NCBI RefSeq assembly: GCF_006345805.1
Contig: NC_043011.1
Span: forward strand, 11,346,001 to 11,410,000
From: Octopus sinensis
Taxonomy: Eukaryota
Reading direction: 5' to 3'
Length of the DNA stretch: 64,000 bases
Shown here: positions 36,266 through 51,599 of the stretch, piece by piece
Layout: the number at the start of each line of letters is the position of its first letter
Position numbering within the stretch: the first letter of the stretch is position 1
Notes under the pieces: generated by a model
The model's database searches: none
What the model was told of the DNA's origin: nothing
What the model saw: only the letters and a program-made list of their open reading frames with translations
Program-made: the position numbers and the translations under genes

Positions 36266-37292
36266 ATACAAATACAGATGCCATGTCTCGCTAAAAATGC
36301 AGACACTCAGAGTAAAGCCAGCAACACGAAGCACATATATACTACAACTAACATCATCAACCACTCCACCAGGTAACCCTCAACAATAACACTTAAATGC
36401 TTTTCCAAACACTGTTACTGGAGGAGTGTATAGTGGTTAAGTGTGTGTGTAAACAAATACGTAAACCGATTCATGATTGAAATGAATTTATTTACAGGGC
36501 TTGATCAGTTATAAGTACACTACATACAAAATGTAGGCAACTGCTACGATTTGCTAGAAATACAGAGTACATTCGTGAGAAGTCATATTGGGAATGAATA
36601 TGTTTGTGTGTGTGTGCGTGTTTCATTCGAAACAATAGTCTATCGGCACTTTGAACATTTCTCTCTGTCTCTGTCGTCTGCCAAAAACCTTGGGTCGTAG
36701 ATAGATCTATCTCATCTGTCTGCTCCCGTCTCTGCTGCCATTGTCTGCCTGCATTTCTGTTTCACCCTTGTATTTATAATATTTGTGGCAGCTAGAAAGA
36801 CAGACATACTGCAGCAGAGTTTGTACCTAAATAGGTCAGCGCTTGTCCAGTTGAACTTCGCCTGACATGATGAGGTCACAGGTCAAAGGGAGATGATCAA
36901 TCAATTTTTGACAGGACAAAGAAAACCTTTTTTCCCGCCTGTTGATTGTCGTGGTTTGGACGACCGAGAATTCATGGATTCGGTTTCGAATCTAGGCTTA
37001 GAGAAGGAAGTGTTAATTCTTATACTACCCCCACAAGTGGCTTCAATGTATTCAACATATGGGTTTTGGAAAAATACAAATAATAATACAGGATGTGAAA
37101 TAACATCTCAACTTAACTTAACTTTACATACACACTTATAGCTTAAAGTACCCGCACCACATACGTTCTTCACGAAACCATCTTCAATTCTTCCTCATGC
37201 ATTAGCTTTTTGTTCGACACACTTGCTGTGTACTTGCTACCACAATCACATGGTAAGTAATTCCCCGGCCATTTTGAATAATAGCTTAAACG

Positions 37293-37840
37293 TTTTCAGT
37301 TACTGACAGATCGTTTGTTCATAAAAATAAGAAAAAATGGCTCATACTTCAAAACCTCTTGTGGAATCAGTTTCATCAAGAAATAGAATCAAGGTTTTCA
37401 GAACTCAACATCACAATAACTAACATCCATCCAATGAAGTAATTATGGGCACACTTAAAAAGTATCCCATAGAAAGCCGGCAGCCAGGCGGTCCATATGA
37501 GCTCCTGCAAGACTTCTCAAAGTGGTGTATACAGGTCCCTTTTAGGTCTTCTCAAAATGGCCCATATATACCCCTGCCGAACTTCTCACAGGGGTCCATA
37601 TAAGTCCGTGGTGAATACAAGCTTAAGGAATCCATTGGAGATGAATATAGTAATTCGCATTTATAAATCCATTTACAACAGAAGAACAAATACCGCTTGA
37701 TCAGATATCGTACATCTAGCAAAATGTTTGACTGGATGTGATAGCCACTAGTGATGTGCCTTTTACTTACAATCCGTTCATAAAGTATGAGCCACTTTTT
37801 CTTATTTAAATGAACAAACGATTTATCAGTAACTGAAAAC
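37293..37840. repeat. Inverted-repeat pair (~57 bp), possible MITE
   Basis: 37293-37350 (ttttcagttactgacagatcgtttgttc...tggctcatactt) is the diverged reverse complement of 37783-37840. Confidence 0.55.
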
Positions 37841-38116
37841 ATCTAAACTACATGGTTTTTTTGTTTCAAGTTATTTAGAAATTTAGTTCTGTATTAAAGT
37901 GAACAAAGGGGCATAATGTATTGGAAATGGTTATTTCGTGAATACTTTGAAATGTAAGTCTTGTATCGTTATTATAACATTACAACACTTGATTTTTCCA
38001 TTTTTCTCTAGTTTCAAAACTATAAAGCTTCTAATACATTTTCATTTCTTTCCAGATTGTTTCGAAAAATATTCGACTCAATCGTAATCTCCGTGATCCA
38101 GATTACATTTCCAGTA

Positions 38117-39065
38117 TGCCTAAAGCTACGAAGTTTTCCGAAATTGAGCAAGGGAAATTCTTGCACTGAAAACGGAAGGAATGAGTACTTGGAAGGTTGC
38201 CGAGAAGATTCAGCGAAGCAGAACGCCAGTGGACAATTTTCTGAAAGATCCCAACGGCTACAACAGGGTTCGTGCTGGTGAACGTCTCAAGGCTACATCA
38301 GAAAGCGATGAAAAGCCCATTGTCAGGGTTGTGAAGAAGTCACGCTGCCCTTCTGTTTCCAAAATCAAGGTACCAGCAAGTCTAGGAGCCCCGACATCCA
38401 CCGTAAGAAGAGTGAGTTTGAACCATAGTTTCCACCTGAAGAACCGGCTACAGCGTCCGTTATTGTCCCCTTCTCACAAAGCTGTTAGATTGGAGTTTTC
38501 TCGGCAGCATCAGACGTGGGATGATGAATGGACCAAAGTTCTGTTCTCTAATGAGGACAAATGGAATTTGGATGGTTCCGGCGGTTATGAGTATTACTGG
38601 GCAGATAAATGTTTACAAAAATTCTACTTATTCCAAGTGGCAGAACAGCAGAGGAGATCTTATGGTGTAGGGAGCAATATCTATCAATGGGAAGCTGCCA
38701 CTTGTCATCATGGATGGCCATTTCAATGCTGCACGATACATCAATATGTTGGACGGGGCTCACATTGGCGAAGAAAGAAGACTCCATGGTGAGAACTTTA
38801 TATTTCAACAAGACAATGCTCCTATTCATAAAGCAAAGACGACTTTGGATTTCCTCCATGCAGTAGTATAGAGAATGCCTTGGAATATCTCACGAATGTT
38901 GTGCACAGCGAAGGCAAGCAGTATTCATCTGTTGGACTTGAAACGGCAATAAAGAAGGCCAAGGAACAGTTTCCACTTGATCTGCAGCAGGGGTTGATTG
39001 GGAGCATGAAATTGCGTGTCTTTGAAGTAATTCAGAAAGGTGGTGGTCACACACAACATTGTTGA
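38117..39065 (+). mobile_element. Tc1/Tc3-like transposase, decayed
   Basis: Contains RPLLSPSHKAVRLEF...WTKVLFSNEDKWNLDGSGGYEYYW, resembling Tc3 WSKVVFSDEKKFNLDGPDG, followed by FQQDNAPIH in a shifted frame. Confidence 0.85.
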
Positions 39066-39329
39066 TGTATTTCATGAGAATATCATTGAAATATATCATA
39101 ATTTCTCTGTTTTGCATAATTTTTGCAACATTATTCAACATGGCGTTATAGTTTTCAACAGGGGTTTCTGGTTCTATGTTTTTTTAAAAAAAATATCATC
39201 TAATTTATTTTTGGATTTCAATAAATTTGAATGTTGCAATGTTTTCTATTCCATTTTCTATCTGGAGGTGAGTTTCATGAATTTGAGTAGTATAGTTCAC
39301 CAGAAAAAAAAAACAAAAAAAAACAGACA

Positions 39330-41890
39330 GGCGCGGGAGTGGCTGTGTGGTAAGTAGCTTGTTAACCAACCACATGGTTCCGGGTTCAGTCCCACTGCGT
39401 GGCATCTTGGGCAAGTATCTTCTGCTATAGGCCCGGGCCGACCAATGCCTTGTGAGTGGATTTGGTAGACGGAAACTGAAAGAAGCCTGTCGTATATATG
39501 TATATATATATATATGCGTGTTTGTGTTTGTATGTCTGTGTTTGTCCCCCTAGCATTGTTTGACAACCGATGCTGGTGTGTTTATGTCCCCGTTACTTAG
39601 CGGTTCGGCAAAAGAGACCGATAGAATAAGTACTGGGCTTACAAAAAGAATAAGTCCCGGGGTCGAGTTGCTCGACTAAAGGCGGTGCTCCAGCATGGCC
39701 ACAGTCAAATGACTGAAACAAGTAAAAGAGTAAAAGAGAGTGCTCTGGCTTTATAGTTTTGAAGAGCAGTTTAGATCTTTTCGGTGTCCTGAAAGACACA
39801 TATCTTCCCTAAAAGAAACATTTGTGAACAAATTAAATTATAAGAACACTGAATTTTAAAATATTCCATTATAATGCAAAAATATATTTAAATAGTAAAA
39901 AAAAGTTATTTGATAAGAATGAAATCGTCGTCGGCTCGTCCCTCGAACCCGAGGATTGATTTCTCCTCCTGGACGAATATTTAGACCACTAATGCCGATG
40001 GTGAATGTGACTAACGAGGCCAATCTTCGCATTAGAACACGCCACTGCATTGGCTACATGTGAATGTCGGAGTCGGTCGTCGTTGCAGTCGTCTCGAAAA
40101 CCAGCGGGTCGAAGCTGGTCTGCTTCAGCGTTGACTTTAGCTGATCTTTGTAGCATCGAAGAGGAGCTCATCTTTGTCTTTTCTCGGTTGCCAGTTCGCT
40201 GAACAGGATTTGACGAGGAAGTCGTTCTCCGCTAATCTTGGTGACATGGCCGGCCCATTGAAGACGATGTTTGATGATTAGGGATTCGATGCGCTGGCTA
40301 TTCGCTCTTTCTATCATGGAGGTATTGGAGACATAGTCAAACTACTTGATATTCAAGAGAGAGCGAAGCTTCAGATGATGAAAGCGTATGAGTTTTTTAA
40401 ATGTGCGCAGGAGTGGCTGTGTGGTAAGTAGCTTGCTAACCAACCATATGGTTCCGGGTTCAGTCCCACTGCGTGGCATCTTGGGCAAGTGTCTTCTGCT
40501 ATAGCCCCGGGCCGACCAATGCCTTGTGAGTGGATTTGGTAGACGGAAACTGAAAGAAGCCTGTCGTATATATGTATATATATATATGCGTGTTTGTGTT
40601 TGTATGTCTGTGTTTGTCCCCCTAGCATTGTTTGACAACCGATGCTGGTGTGTTTATGTCCCCGTTACTTAGCGGTTCGGCAAAAGAGACCGATAGAATA
40701 AGTACTGGGCTTACAAAAAGAATAAGTCCCGGGGTCGAGTTGCTCGACTAAAGGCGGTGCTCCAGCATGGCCACAGTCAAATGACTGAAACAAGTAAAAG
40801 AGTAAAAGAGAGTGCTCTGGCTTTATAGTTTTGAAGAGCAGTTTAGATCTTTTCGGTGTCCTGAAAGACACATATCTTCCCTAAAAGAAACATTTGTGAA
40901 CAAATTAAATTATAAGAACACTGAATTTTAAAATATTCCATTATAATGCAAAAATATATTTAAATAGTAAAAAAAAGTTATTTGATAAGAATGAAATCGT
41001 CGTCGGCTCGTCCCTCGAACCCGAGGATTGATTTCTCCTCCTGGACGAATATTTAGACCACTAATGCCGATGGTGAATGTGACTAACGAGGCCAATCTTC
41101 GCATTAGAACACGCCACTGCATTGGCTACATGTGAATGTCGGAGTCGGTCGTCGTTGCAGTCGTCTCGAAAACCAGCGGGTCGAAGCTGGTCTGCTTCAG
41201 CGTTGACTTTAGCTGATCTTTGTAGCATCGAAGAGGAGCTCATCTTTGTCTTTTCTCGGTTGCCAGTTCGCTGAACAGGATTTGACGAGGAAGTCGTTCT
41301 CCGCTAATCTTGGTGACATGGCCGGCCCATTGAAGACGATGTTTGATGATTAGGGATTCGATGCGCTGGCTATTCGCTCTTTCTATCATGGAGGTATTGG
41401 AGACATAGTCAAACTACTTGATATTCAAGAGAGAGCGAAGCTTCAGATGATGAAAGCGTATGAGTTTTTTAAATGTGCGCAGGAGTGGCTGTGTGGTAAG
41501 TAGCTTGCTAACCAACCATATGGTTCCGGGTTCAGTCCCACTGCGTGGCATCTTGGGCAAGTGTCTTCTGCTATAGCCCCGGGCCGACCAATGCCTTGTG
41601 AGTGGATTTGGTAGACGGAAACTGAAAGAAGCCTGTCGTATATATGTATATATATATATATGTATGTGTGTGTATGTGTTTGTGTGTCTGTGTTTGTCCC
41701 CCTAGCATTGCTTGACAACCGATGCTGGTGTGTTTACGTCCCCATCACTTAGCGGTTCGGCAAAAAAGACCGATAGAATAAGTACTGGGCTTACAAAGAA
41801 TAAGTCCCGGGGTCGATTTGCTCGACTAAAGGCGGTGCTCCAGCACGGCCGCTGTCAAATGACTGAAACAAGTAAAAGAGTAAAGAGTAA
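39330..41890 (+). repeat. Tandem duplication with a 1,072-bp period: SINE B - spacer - SINE B - spacer - SINE B. The spacer contains a minus-strand RTE 3' fragment.
   Basis: Identical ORF pairs are offset by exactly 1072 (39593/40665, 39856/40928, 39989/41061). The spacer translates to HRLQWAGHVTKISGERLPRQILFSEL on the minus strand. Confidence 0.95.
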
Positions 41891-41959
41891 TACAAAGTCC
41901 AAGTTTTACAACCATAGAGGTTTAGTCTTTGTTTTTGAATACAGGTTTTGTTAGTTTAC

Positions 41960-43790
41960 CGAAAGCTGAGTAAGACAATCTGATTCATCGTTTCATATTT
42001 TTCTCAAAATTGCATTTGGTGGACAGCGCACTTCCAAGGTATGCAGTGGTGTGCACGAAATGACGATGTTAAAGTCTGGATGGGCAGAATTTGGGGCTGG
42101 TTGGGTGAGTACTTGTGTTGTTTTAGTATTTATAGTGATCCCAAAATGTTGATATGCATTAGGGAAATTATTGACTGCTTGTTGCAGCTCTAAGCATGAG
42201 TGACTGAGTACCATGTTGTTATCGGAGCACTGGAGTTCCGAGATTCGTTTGGTACTAATAAGATTCTTTGACTGAAAGCTCGTCGAAGAGTCCCCCATCA
42301 AAACGATATCCACTGGCTGATCTGGGGAAGGTTCATGAATCATTGCAGCAAGGAAACAAACGTAGGAACGAGTACGCAACCTTATTTCAATCCATATGCC
42401 TTTGGGAATTCTTTTGATAGTCGATCACGTTCAGTCTTACCATCGTGTAAAGTTTGGATCAGGGAAACGAAATGATCAAGACATCCGAAACGATCAAGGG
42501 CCATCCACATGACTAGTCTTAGTATACTGTAAAAAGCCATTTCCAGATCATAGAAGACAGGGAAAATGGGTTTTTGCTGTTCTCTGTACTGTTTGTTCTC
42601 TGGATTTGTTTGTTACAGAAGATCATGTCTATGGTTCCACTGGGATTCTGGAAGGACTCTTTCTGTGATGACCTGGAGACGGTTCAATAATATTTGAGCA
42701 AAGATCTCCAGAAACGATATTTCACGATAGTTCACACAGGATTTTCTATCTTTTTTCTTGAATATACTGACTATGACGGCGTCTTTGAGATCATTTGGGA
42801 CGTGCATTCCACAGCTTTAGAAATAGGGTGAAGAGTTTAGTTTGCAGCGGCAGTCCGCCATGTTACAGCAATTCTAATGGGATGTTATCGGGTCCCAGAG
42901 TTTTTCTTGCTTTCATACGTTCCACTGCCTTCTGGAACTCTTGATACGATGGAGGAATATTCATCCAAGATTGCAATGGATGGAAAGGGATTTTTCACAG
43001 CAAGTCTTCAGTTGTTGTTAACTCACGATTTTTCAAAACAGAAAACTGTTCCTTCTAGTGGTCTAGGGTGCCCTGCGAGACAGTTAAGATGATAACATTG
43101 TCTGTCGCAAGCAGGATGCCATTTAACGACCTTACAGAGCCAAATAGAGGTTCTATTCCAGCATAGAAGCTTCTAAGATCTCGTGTAACACCCGTGCTCT
43201 CTGTTGCTACCAAGTGTTTTGTAGCTCTCTCAGCTGGGTTTGGCACGTTGTGTGATATTCTTGTAGCGTGTTTCTTTAAACCTGCATCTTGGATCTTGTT
43301 CATGGGATGATAACTAGGCCTTTCGTTTTTCATCGCTCAAACCGTTGATTATCACTCCGTTGTCATCAAACCAGTCTTGACTCTTTCTTTTGAAGAATCC
43401 GATATTGCATTTGGCGGCTTCGGAGATGATATTTTTCAAGGAAGATAATTTTTCTTCTAAGATTTGATATCTGCAAATTTGGGTGGAATTTTGATATATG
43501 ATTCTGCAACGGTGGTCCTGGAATTTTGGGATGTCAAATTTACGACGGGAAGGGTGATCATGGTGGAACCTTGTTTTTTTGCAGATGGTGAGATGACCAA
43601 GACAGTCCAACAATCATTTGCACAGTGAGCTGCTCTAGTGATACAGACATCCTTTCTATCTCTTCGACAGACAATGACATAATCGAGAAGGTGCTAGTAC
43701 TTTGATCGAAGGTGCATTCAAGTGGTCTTCGAGAGATTGGAAAGTCAGAACTGAGTGTTCGTGTTGTATAGCTCATGCTACTTCAATACT
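41960..43790 (-). mobile_element. Degenerate RTE LINE fragment
   Basis: Contains RKSQDWFDDN, LKDAVIVSIFKKKDRKSCVNYREISFL and QQAVNNFPNAYQHFGITINTKTTQVL. Confidence 0.8.
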
Positions 43791-43799
43791 AGAGTGGAG

Positions 43800-46447
43800 C
43801 TGATCAGGATGTCTAGGTCGGCACAGGATTGGCAACATGAATGAAAATAGGCAACGGTTGCTTGAGCTCTGTATGCCCCATGGACTACGTGCCACCAACA
43901 CCTACCTCCAGGCCAAAGCTCAACACAGGGTCTCTTGGCGTCACCCTCGCTCAGGGCACTGGCACCAGCTAGATCTGATCATCATAAGACAAAATTATCT
44001 GATGAATGTGCTCCTGACTCGGTCTTTTCAGAGCGCTGACTGTGACACAGACAGCTGCCTGGTTTGCTGCAATCTCAAATTCCAACCAAAAGTGATGCAC
44101 AGTGCCAAGTCTCCAGGGAGCAGCGTATCAATGCAACTGCAATGCTGCAGCCAACTAAGGCAGATGCATTCCTCAAGACACTAGAATACGCCCTCCTTGC
44201 AGACCCACCGGAAGGCAATGTTCAGGAAAGATGGGACTCACTCAGTGACATCATCCATAGCACTGCACTGGGGGTCTTTGGGAGGAGGAGAAAATGACAC
44301 AAGACTGGTTTGAGGCGAGTATGAAAGAGCTCAACACGCCTATGGAGGAGAAGCATGCTGCCCTGCTGAAGCATAAATATCAACCCACCAGGGAACGCTG
44401 CAAGCATTGCTATCAGCAAGGAACAACACGCAGAAGATAGTGAGATGCTGTGCAAGTGACTATTGGTTGCAGCTATGTATAGAAACCCAACTGTCTTTTG
44501 ACATCGGCAACATTCACGGAATGTATGAGTGTATCGAGAAAGCCATCGGTGAAACCCAGAGCAAAATAGATCCACTCAAATCCAGAACAGAAGTTATCAA
44601 GGGCAAAAGAGAACAGCTGGAGAGAAGGGTGGAACATTATTCTGAACTCTATGCCAATGAAACCAACATCTCGGACAGCGCACTAGACACCATGGAACAC
44701 CTACCTGTCATGGAGGCGCTGAACACACTGCCAACTGCTGAAGAACTGAGCAGAGCCATTGATGACTTTCCCACTGGAAAATCGCCGGTTTTGGACGGTT
44801 TTCCTACCAGAGATCATCAGGTGTGCATGAAGAGTTCTACTTGGCCACTTACTGAAGCGACTGCGTCAGTCCTGCGAGATATGGGAGACTGCAACATTGT
44901 CACCCTATATAAGAACAAAGGGGACAAAAGTGACTGCAATAATTACCAAGGCATCTCGCTGTTAAGCATCGTCGGGAAGGTCTTTGCCTGCGTGTTCCTA
45001 AACAGACTACAGAAAATTGCTGAGAGGGTATACCCCGAATCTCAGTTTTTCAGATTAGAACGCTCCACCATCGACATGATCTTTTCTCTTCGACGGCTAC
45101 AGAAGTGCTGAGAGCAAGGGCAACCAGTCTTCACCATCTTCATCGACCTCGCAAAGGTTTTTGACCTAGTCAGTAAAGACGGCCTGTTCAAAATCTTTGC
45201 GAAGGTCGGTTGCCCTTCAAGACTCCTCGGGGTTGTCCAATCATTTCACGCGAATATGAAAGGCGTCGTTCAATTTGATGGCCCTTCTTCGGAGGCATTC
45301 AACATGCTGTGGTGTGAAGCAGGGCTGTGTGCTTTCCCCCACCTTGTTTGGCATCTTTTTTGCAGTCATGCTGAAGCACGCATTTGGAACATCAACTGAT
45401 AGGGTTTACCAGATCAGACGGTAAACTGTTTAGTCTGTCGAGGCTGAAGGCAAAATCCAGGGTGCGCCAGGCAATCTCAGAGAAATGCTGTTCGCGGACG
45501 ATGCGGCACTAACAGGACACTCAGAGGAGCAAATGCAGCACCTCGTGGACAAACTCTCAAAGGCCTGTCAGGAATTCAGCCTAACCATCAGTCAGAGGAA
45601 GACCAAAGTATTGGGCCAAGGTGCCAAGCACCCTCCCCCATCACAATCAACGACTATAAGTTGGAGGTAGTCCATGAATTCACCTACCTCGGCTTTACCA
45701 TCGCTGATGGCCTCTCCCTGGATCCTGAGATCAACAGGCGAATTGGACAAGCATCTCTTCATTTGCCGGGCTCACAAAGAGAGCCTGGGAAAACAGTAAA
45801 CTGGTTGCAGACACCTAGATTGCTGTCTGTAAGGTGTGCGTTCTTAGTACGCTACTTCACGGCAGTGAGACGTGGAGCCTCTAGTCCAGACAGAAGCGGA
45901 GTCTCAACGTCTACCACCTTCGTAATTTGATACGCATCTTGGATATCACGAGGACCGACCGTATCACCAACACCGAAGTTCTCAACTGCGCCAAGATACC
46001 CAGTATACTCACCCTGCTCCAGCAGCGTCGTCTGCGCTGGTTTGGTCATGTAGATCGCATGCCGGACGGGAGGATCCCAAAAGACCTCCTGTATGTAGAA
46101 GGGCACGAGGACGACCTCATCTTCGTTTCAAAGACATCTGCAAAAGAGATATGAAGTCGCTTGATCTGGACGCCCCGAGATAGGAGGAGGTCGCAAATGA
46201 TCGACCACGCTGGAGACAAATTCTGCGAAAGGGGATGAAGTAATGGGAAGAAAAACAGGAACTCGCCACCAAAGAAAAGCGCACTCGACGGAAGCGAAAA
46301 GCAGTAGCGCCGGCAGAGTGCTCCTTCAAATGCAGTCGCTGTATGCGTGAGTGCCACTCCCGTGTGGGCCTGACTGCCATCAGCAACTGACACGATTTCT
46401 TCGGGCGTAGATCCAAGGTCTCTCGAAACCGACGGATGCCTACTACT
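43800..46447 (+). mobile_element. Degenerate 5'-truncated RTE LINE
   Basis: Contains SWRHPRSGHWHQLDLII, KGDKSDCNNYQGISLLSIVGK, LFADDAAL and RRLRWFGHVDRMPDGRIPKDLLY, then a 3' UTR ending gatgcctactac. Confidence 0.85.
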
Positions 46448-46601
46448 TGTTAATGAGTTTAAGCAAATAAAAAGTTATCGTTTTTTTTTTATTATTTTGG
46501 CAGAATAATATGGTCATTTCAATGGAATGCAAATGGAATTACAAGGATGTCACAATTATTAAGGCAGGAGCTGTTATTTTAGGATTCCAGGCTAAACTTA
46601 A

Positions 46602-46905
46602 TATCACGTGATCACGTGACCGACCAAACCATCAGATGTTGTTACACATCGCTGGTCACAATGCACTTCGCATTGTTTTAGCCTTTGAAAAACGCCACCC
46701 CGCTGGCTAAGCGAGCAGGCCAACAGAAGAAAGAGTGGAAGAAAGAGTGGTGAAAGAGTACAGCAGGGATCACCACCCCCTGCCGGAGCCTCGTGGAGCT
46801 TTTAGGTGTTTTCGCTCAATAAACACATCGCCCGGTCTGGGAATCGAAACCGCGATCCTCCGACCGCGAGTCCGCTCCCCTAACCACTGGGCCATTGTGC
46901 CTCCA
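46602..46905 (-). mobile_element. SINE family C full copy
   Basis: The reverse complement has the same tRNA-Arg-like head as 30170 and a 3' end shared with 24575-24685. Confidence 0.85.
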
Positions 46906-47260
46906 CAAACTTAATATATGTAAGTTTATTTTGGTCTGATGCAACTCTAATTATTTTGCAAATTTGCAATCAGAAGAAAGTGTATTGGCTAATGAATGTG
47001 TTGGATAGATTTTATAGATAAGCAATTGCTTATCTATAAGAGCTATATTAAGTGTTTGCAGTAAGACTTTAAAGGTGAATTGAAGGAAATTCTCGAATTC
47101 TTTGTCTAAAGTTGAAGTAGAAAGTGCAAATTTAGACATCTTCCTTTATGGAAATGACTTTTGATCATGGAGTGAAATCTGTGTTTACGTTTTAAGGAAT
47201 TGGATGAAAGATCTGTAGTAAAATATTTACTAACTTTTCCAAATTTGTATATGGTGGAAT

Positions 47261-47651
47261 CAGAGGCGTAGCCAGGTTCTAAAGTTAGGTGGAGCGAGCA
47301 CATAAAGAAAGGCGTCCTGACACACACTAAACAATTTTAAACTCATTTCTCTTATATTACGCGAAATATTTCATTAGTTACAATATGCGTAATTGTAATT
47401 TACGTTGATTAATTTCATATTTCAGTAACAATGTTATGTACGCGATTTACAACTACTGATATAAGTGTGACAAGGAAAAGATGAAACTCCATTGGATCGT
47501 CTGCTGTCGAGAAATTATGATGTCAGGATTTGTTTTGGTTCTTCAGATGTCGGCTGCCACCAACGCATCGCAGAAGATTAAGCAGTCAGATCAAAAGCAC
47601 AGGAGCTTGGTCAAATAGGTAATGATTCCAGAAAGTTCTTCGAAGAGAGAG

Positions 47652-47725
<74 letters not shown>

Positions 47726-47845
47726 TCGACATTTATCACACAAATGAACTTAAGAGTTAAAAAATTGTTGCAAAGGCACCAATTTTGGAAAATATGCTCG
47801 TGGGGATCGAAAGTTCCCCTTATTCCCCCATAATCTACGCCACTG
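47261..47845. mobile_element. hAT-type MITE with 8-bp TSD
   Basis: TIRs CAGAGGCGTAG / CTACGCCACTG, a perfect TSD GGTGGAAT at 47253-47260 and 47846-47853, and an internal (GA)n. Confidence 0.85.
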
Positions 47846-49831
47846 GGTGGAATCTGAAGTTACGCATGTGCATTATTTACTGAGTGAGCAGAGAACCACT
47901 TTGAACACAGAACGTGGTATTTGCAGTTGAAACTCACAAACCTGCAACCGAATTCATGATCTTCTCCATGTTTACCAAACCCATCCTTTCCATGAAAAAA
48001 TAATTTAAACGTTAAAGGTGCGTGTTTGCATCTATAGTTTACTGATCCATTTCTTGTGTTAATTACATTAAACACTAGTAAACTCGTTCAATTAATTTGT
48101 TTGGAAAGAGAATGGAATTTTAGGTTTTTTTTTGTTTTTTTTTTTTTTGCAAGGGGTTTATCAAGTAAAAAGTTTGAGAAGCCCGATATAGAATAATTAT
48201 TAGTATTAAAAAAAAAAAAAAAAGCAGCTACTACGGCAAGTCACACACCTCTGTATCTCAATAAAAATTTCAAGTAACATACTCACACAGCAGCATCAAA
48301 CAAAAGCTCTTGTCAGGTTATTTCTTGAAAATCGACCACCAAATACTACACAAAAAGATAGGAACAGGAATTGAAAAACTATGCTCCTTCTACTCAGAGC
48401 GTGGTTATGATTCTTTCTTTCCATTAGACACCCCATAAAAGTAGTACGGAAAACTAAAAACTCAAAACCAGGGCAAAGATCACAAATGCAAGGTCTGCAA
48501 GGATCACTGCAAGGATCCAACATCTGTAACGATTTGTACCACTATCCAATAAGGGGACCTCTATACGGTCATTCGACTCTGTAAATAGCAACTATATCTC
48601 TTGTAAATCATTCTATTTATCCATCCATCTTCTCCGTTCACTATTCCTGGGAGGGTCGTGGGTATAGAGTTCTCGGGTATCTCTTTCATAGGATCCTATC
48701 AGAAGCAATCGCCATTAGATGTTCCGACTGGATTCCCGAGCGCAATCTGCTGTGACTAATGATATTATCCAAACATCTTGGTCTTGGTCTATCCCTAGGT
48801 CTCTTGCCGGTTAACTCGGTTTCAAGAATCCGACTTGCGTTTATTTCTTGTGACATTCTAAAACGGGAAAGTAGCAGCTTGCCCTGGAAAGACTGACACC
48901 TTGGTCTCCAAACTACGCACCCTGTCGAGTAACGTTTTTCCAGAGACGCTTCGGAGGAATCCTATTTCTACCCTTTTCAAAATAATGAAAATTCTGTATA
49001 ATTTAATTTTCGATATTCTTTTTCTGAAAATAAGGTGTGATATTTACTGGAAAGCTCTTCAGTATAGATTTGTTCGATTAGTGCTGATCGGTGGCCAAAC
49101 AATATCTACTTATACCAACATTCATAATCTAGAAACTATGGTGTGGCGGAATTTATACAGACTTGTCACCTTCCTCTGGTCAATCTTGCATTCGAGCAAT
49201 TACATTCAACCCCCCCCCCATACTACTCACGTACTTAATACATGATGGTTTAAAAAGCTTTCTATTGCATTCCTCTGCTATCCTATTAAACACCAACAAG
49301 CGCTAGGTAACAAGCTGTCAGATTGCCAAGATTAGGATCTGCAATTTCCGATTGGAGTACCAAAGTGGACGTCTTAGCCACACCAGTACTTATCTGCACA
49401 CGGTCTCATTCTTCGATGACATTGCATTCATATCTTCCCACCTTTCTCCAATCGTAGTCGAAGTACATGAAATACAAACCCACCATCACACACAACAACA
49501 TAAATATGACATATATTCGTACACAAGACAAAAATACTATGAATTACAAGCAAAACCACGTACTTCCAAGCAATTGTTTTACCTCCTATTTTCCTTAGCT
49601 CATTTTTGTTTCCTTTATGCAAATTATCTTGGCTGATGTGCTGATGATGTCTATTGATGAAGAAAAACGTGTCCACAGCTGTCCTTTTGTCTTCAGGTTA
49701 ATGGAATTTCGATTTTGGAGAGTTCTCGATTCTTGAAATGACCTACCCTTATTATTTGCAGTTTGTCCTTCTTGCTACCTTCCCCGGAAGCTGGGATATT
49801 TCGATAAATCAAGAATTTATGTTGTACAGTA

Positions 49832-51158
<1,327 letters not shown>

Positions 51159-51335
51159 TTACACATTCATATCTATGTGTATGTGTGTCCGAAGACGAAG
51201 CGATGTTTAGTTTGTTAAGTTTCTGTTTCGTTGTGTTTCTGTTTTGTTATAAAGGCACAGTTTCTGATTAATTATTTACCGCTGCCACCATGTTATGTGT
51301 AGTTTCGTTCTCGATTTTTTTCCAAGAAGAAGGGA

Positions 51336-51495
51336 TGTTATACATTCATATCTATGTGTATACATAGGTATACGTGTGTAGAATACATCCCCACTTTAGA
51401 CATAGTTCGTACTGTTTACTAACAAAATAGTGCCAAAAGTGGGGATGTATTCTACACACGTATACCTACGTATACACAGATATGAATGTGTAACA
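51336..51495. repeat. Short foldback/MITE with ~60-bp inverted arms
   Basis: 51336-51397 pairs with 51436-51495. The same terminal motif (tgttacacattcatatct) also occurs at ~51158. Confidence 0.75.
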
Positions 51496-51599
51496 ACCAC
51501 CGCGTATTTAATATATCCTTATGGGCACTCAGACCCAGCCGCCCGTCTGTCCACCTACCCTATACACACACACGCATCACGTACACAACAATGTAACAG

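Noticed and set aside
41960-46447. Head-to-head RTE fragments as a single twin-primed (5'-inverted) insertion
   Set aside because: The two halves cover overlapping homologous regions and differ strongly in sequence, so they are independent insertions.
47860-48075. 71-aa ORF with possible splice signals as a host exon
   Set aside because: No recognisable protein motif and no neighbouring exons to support it.
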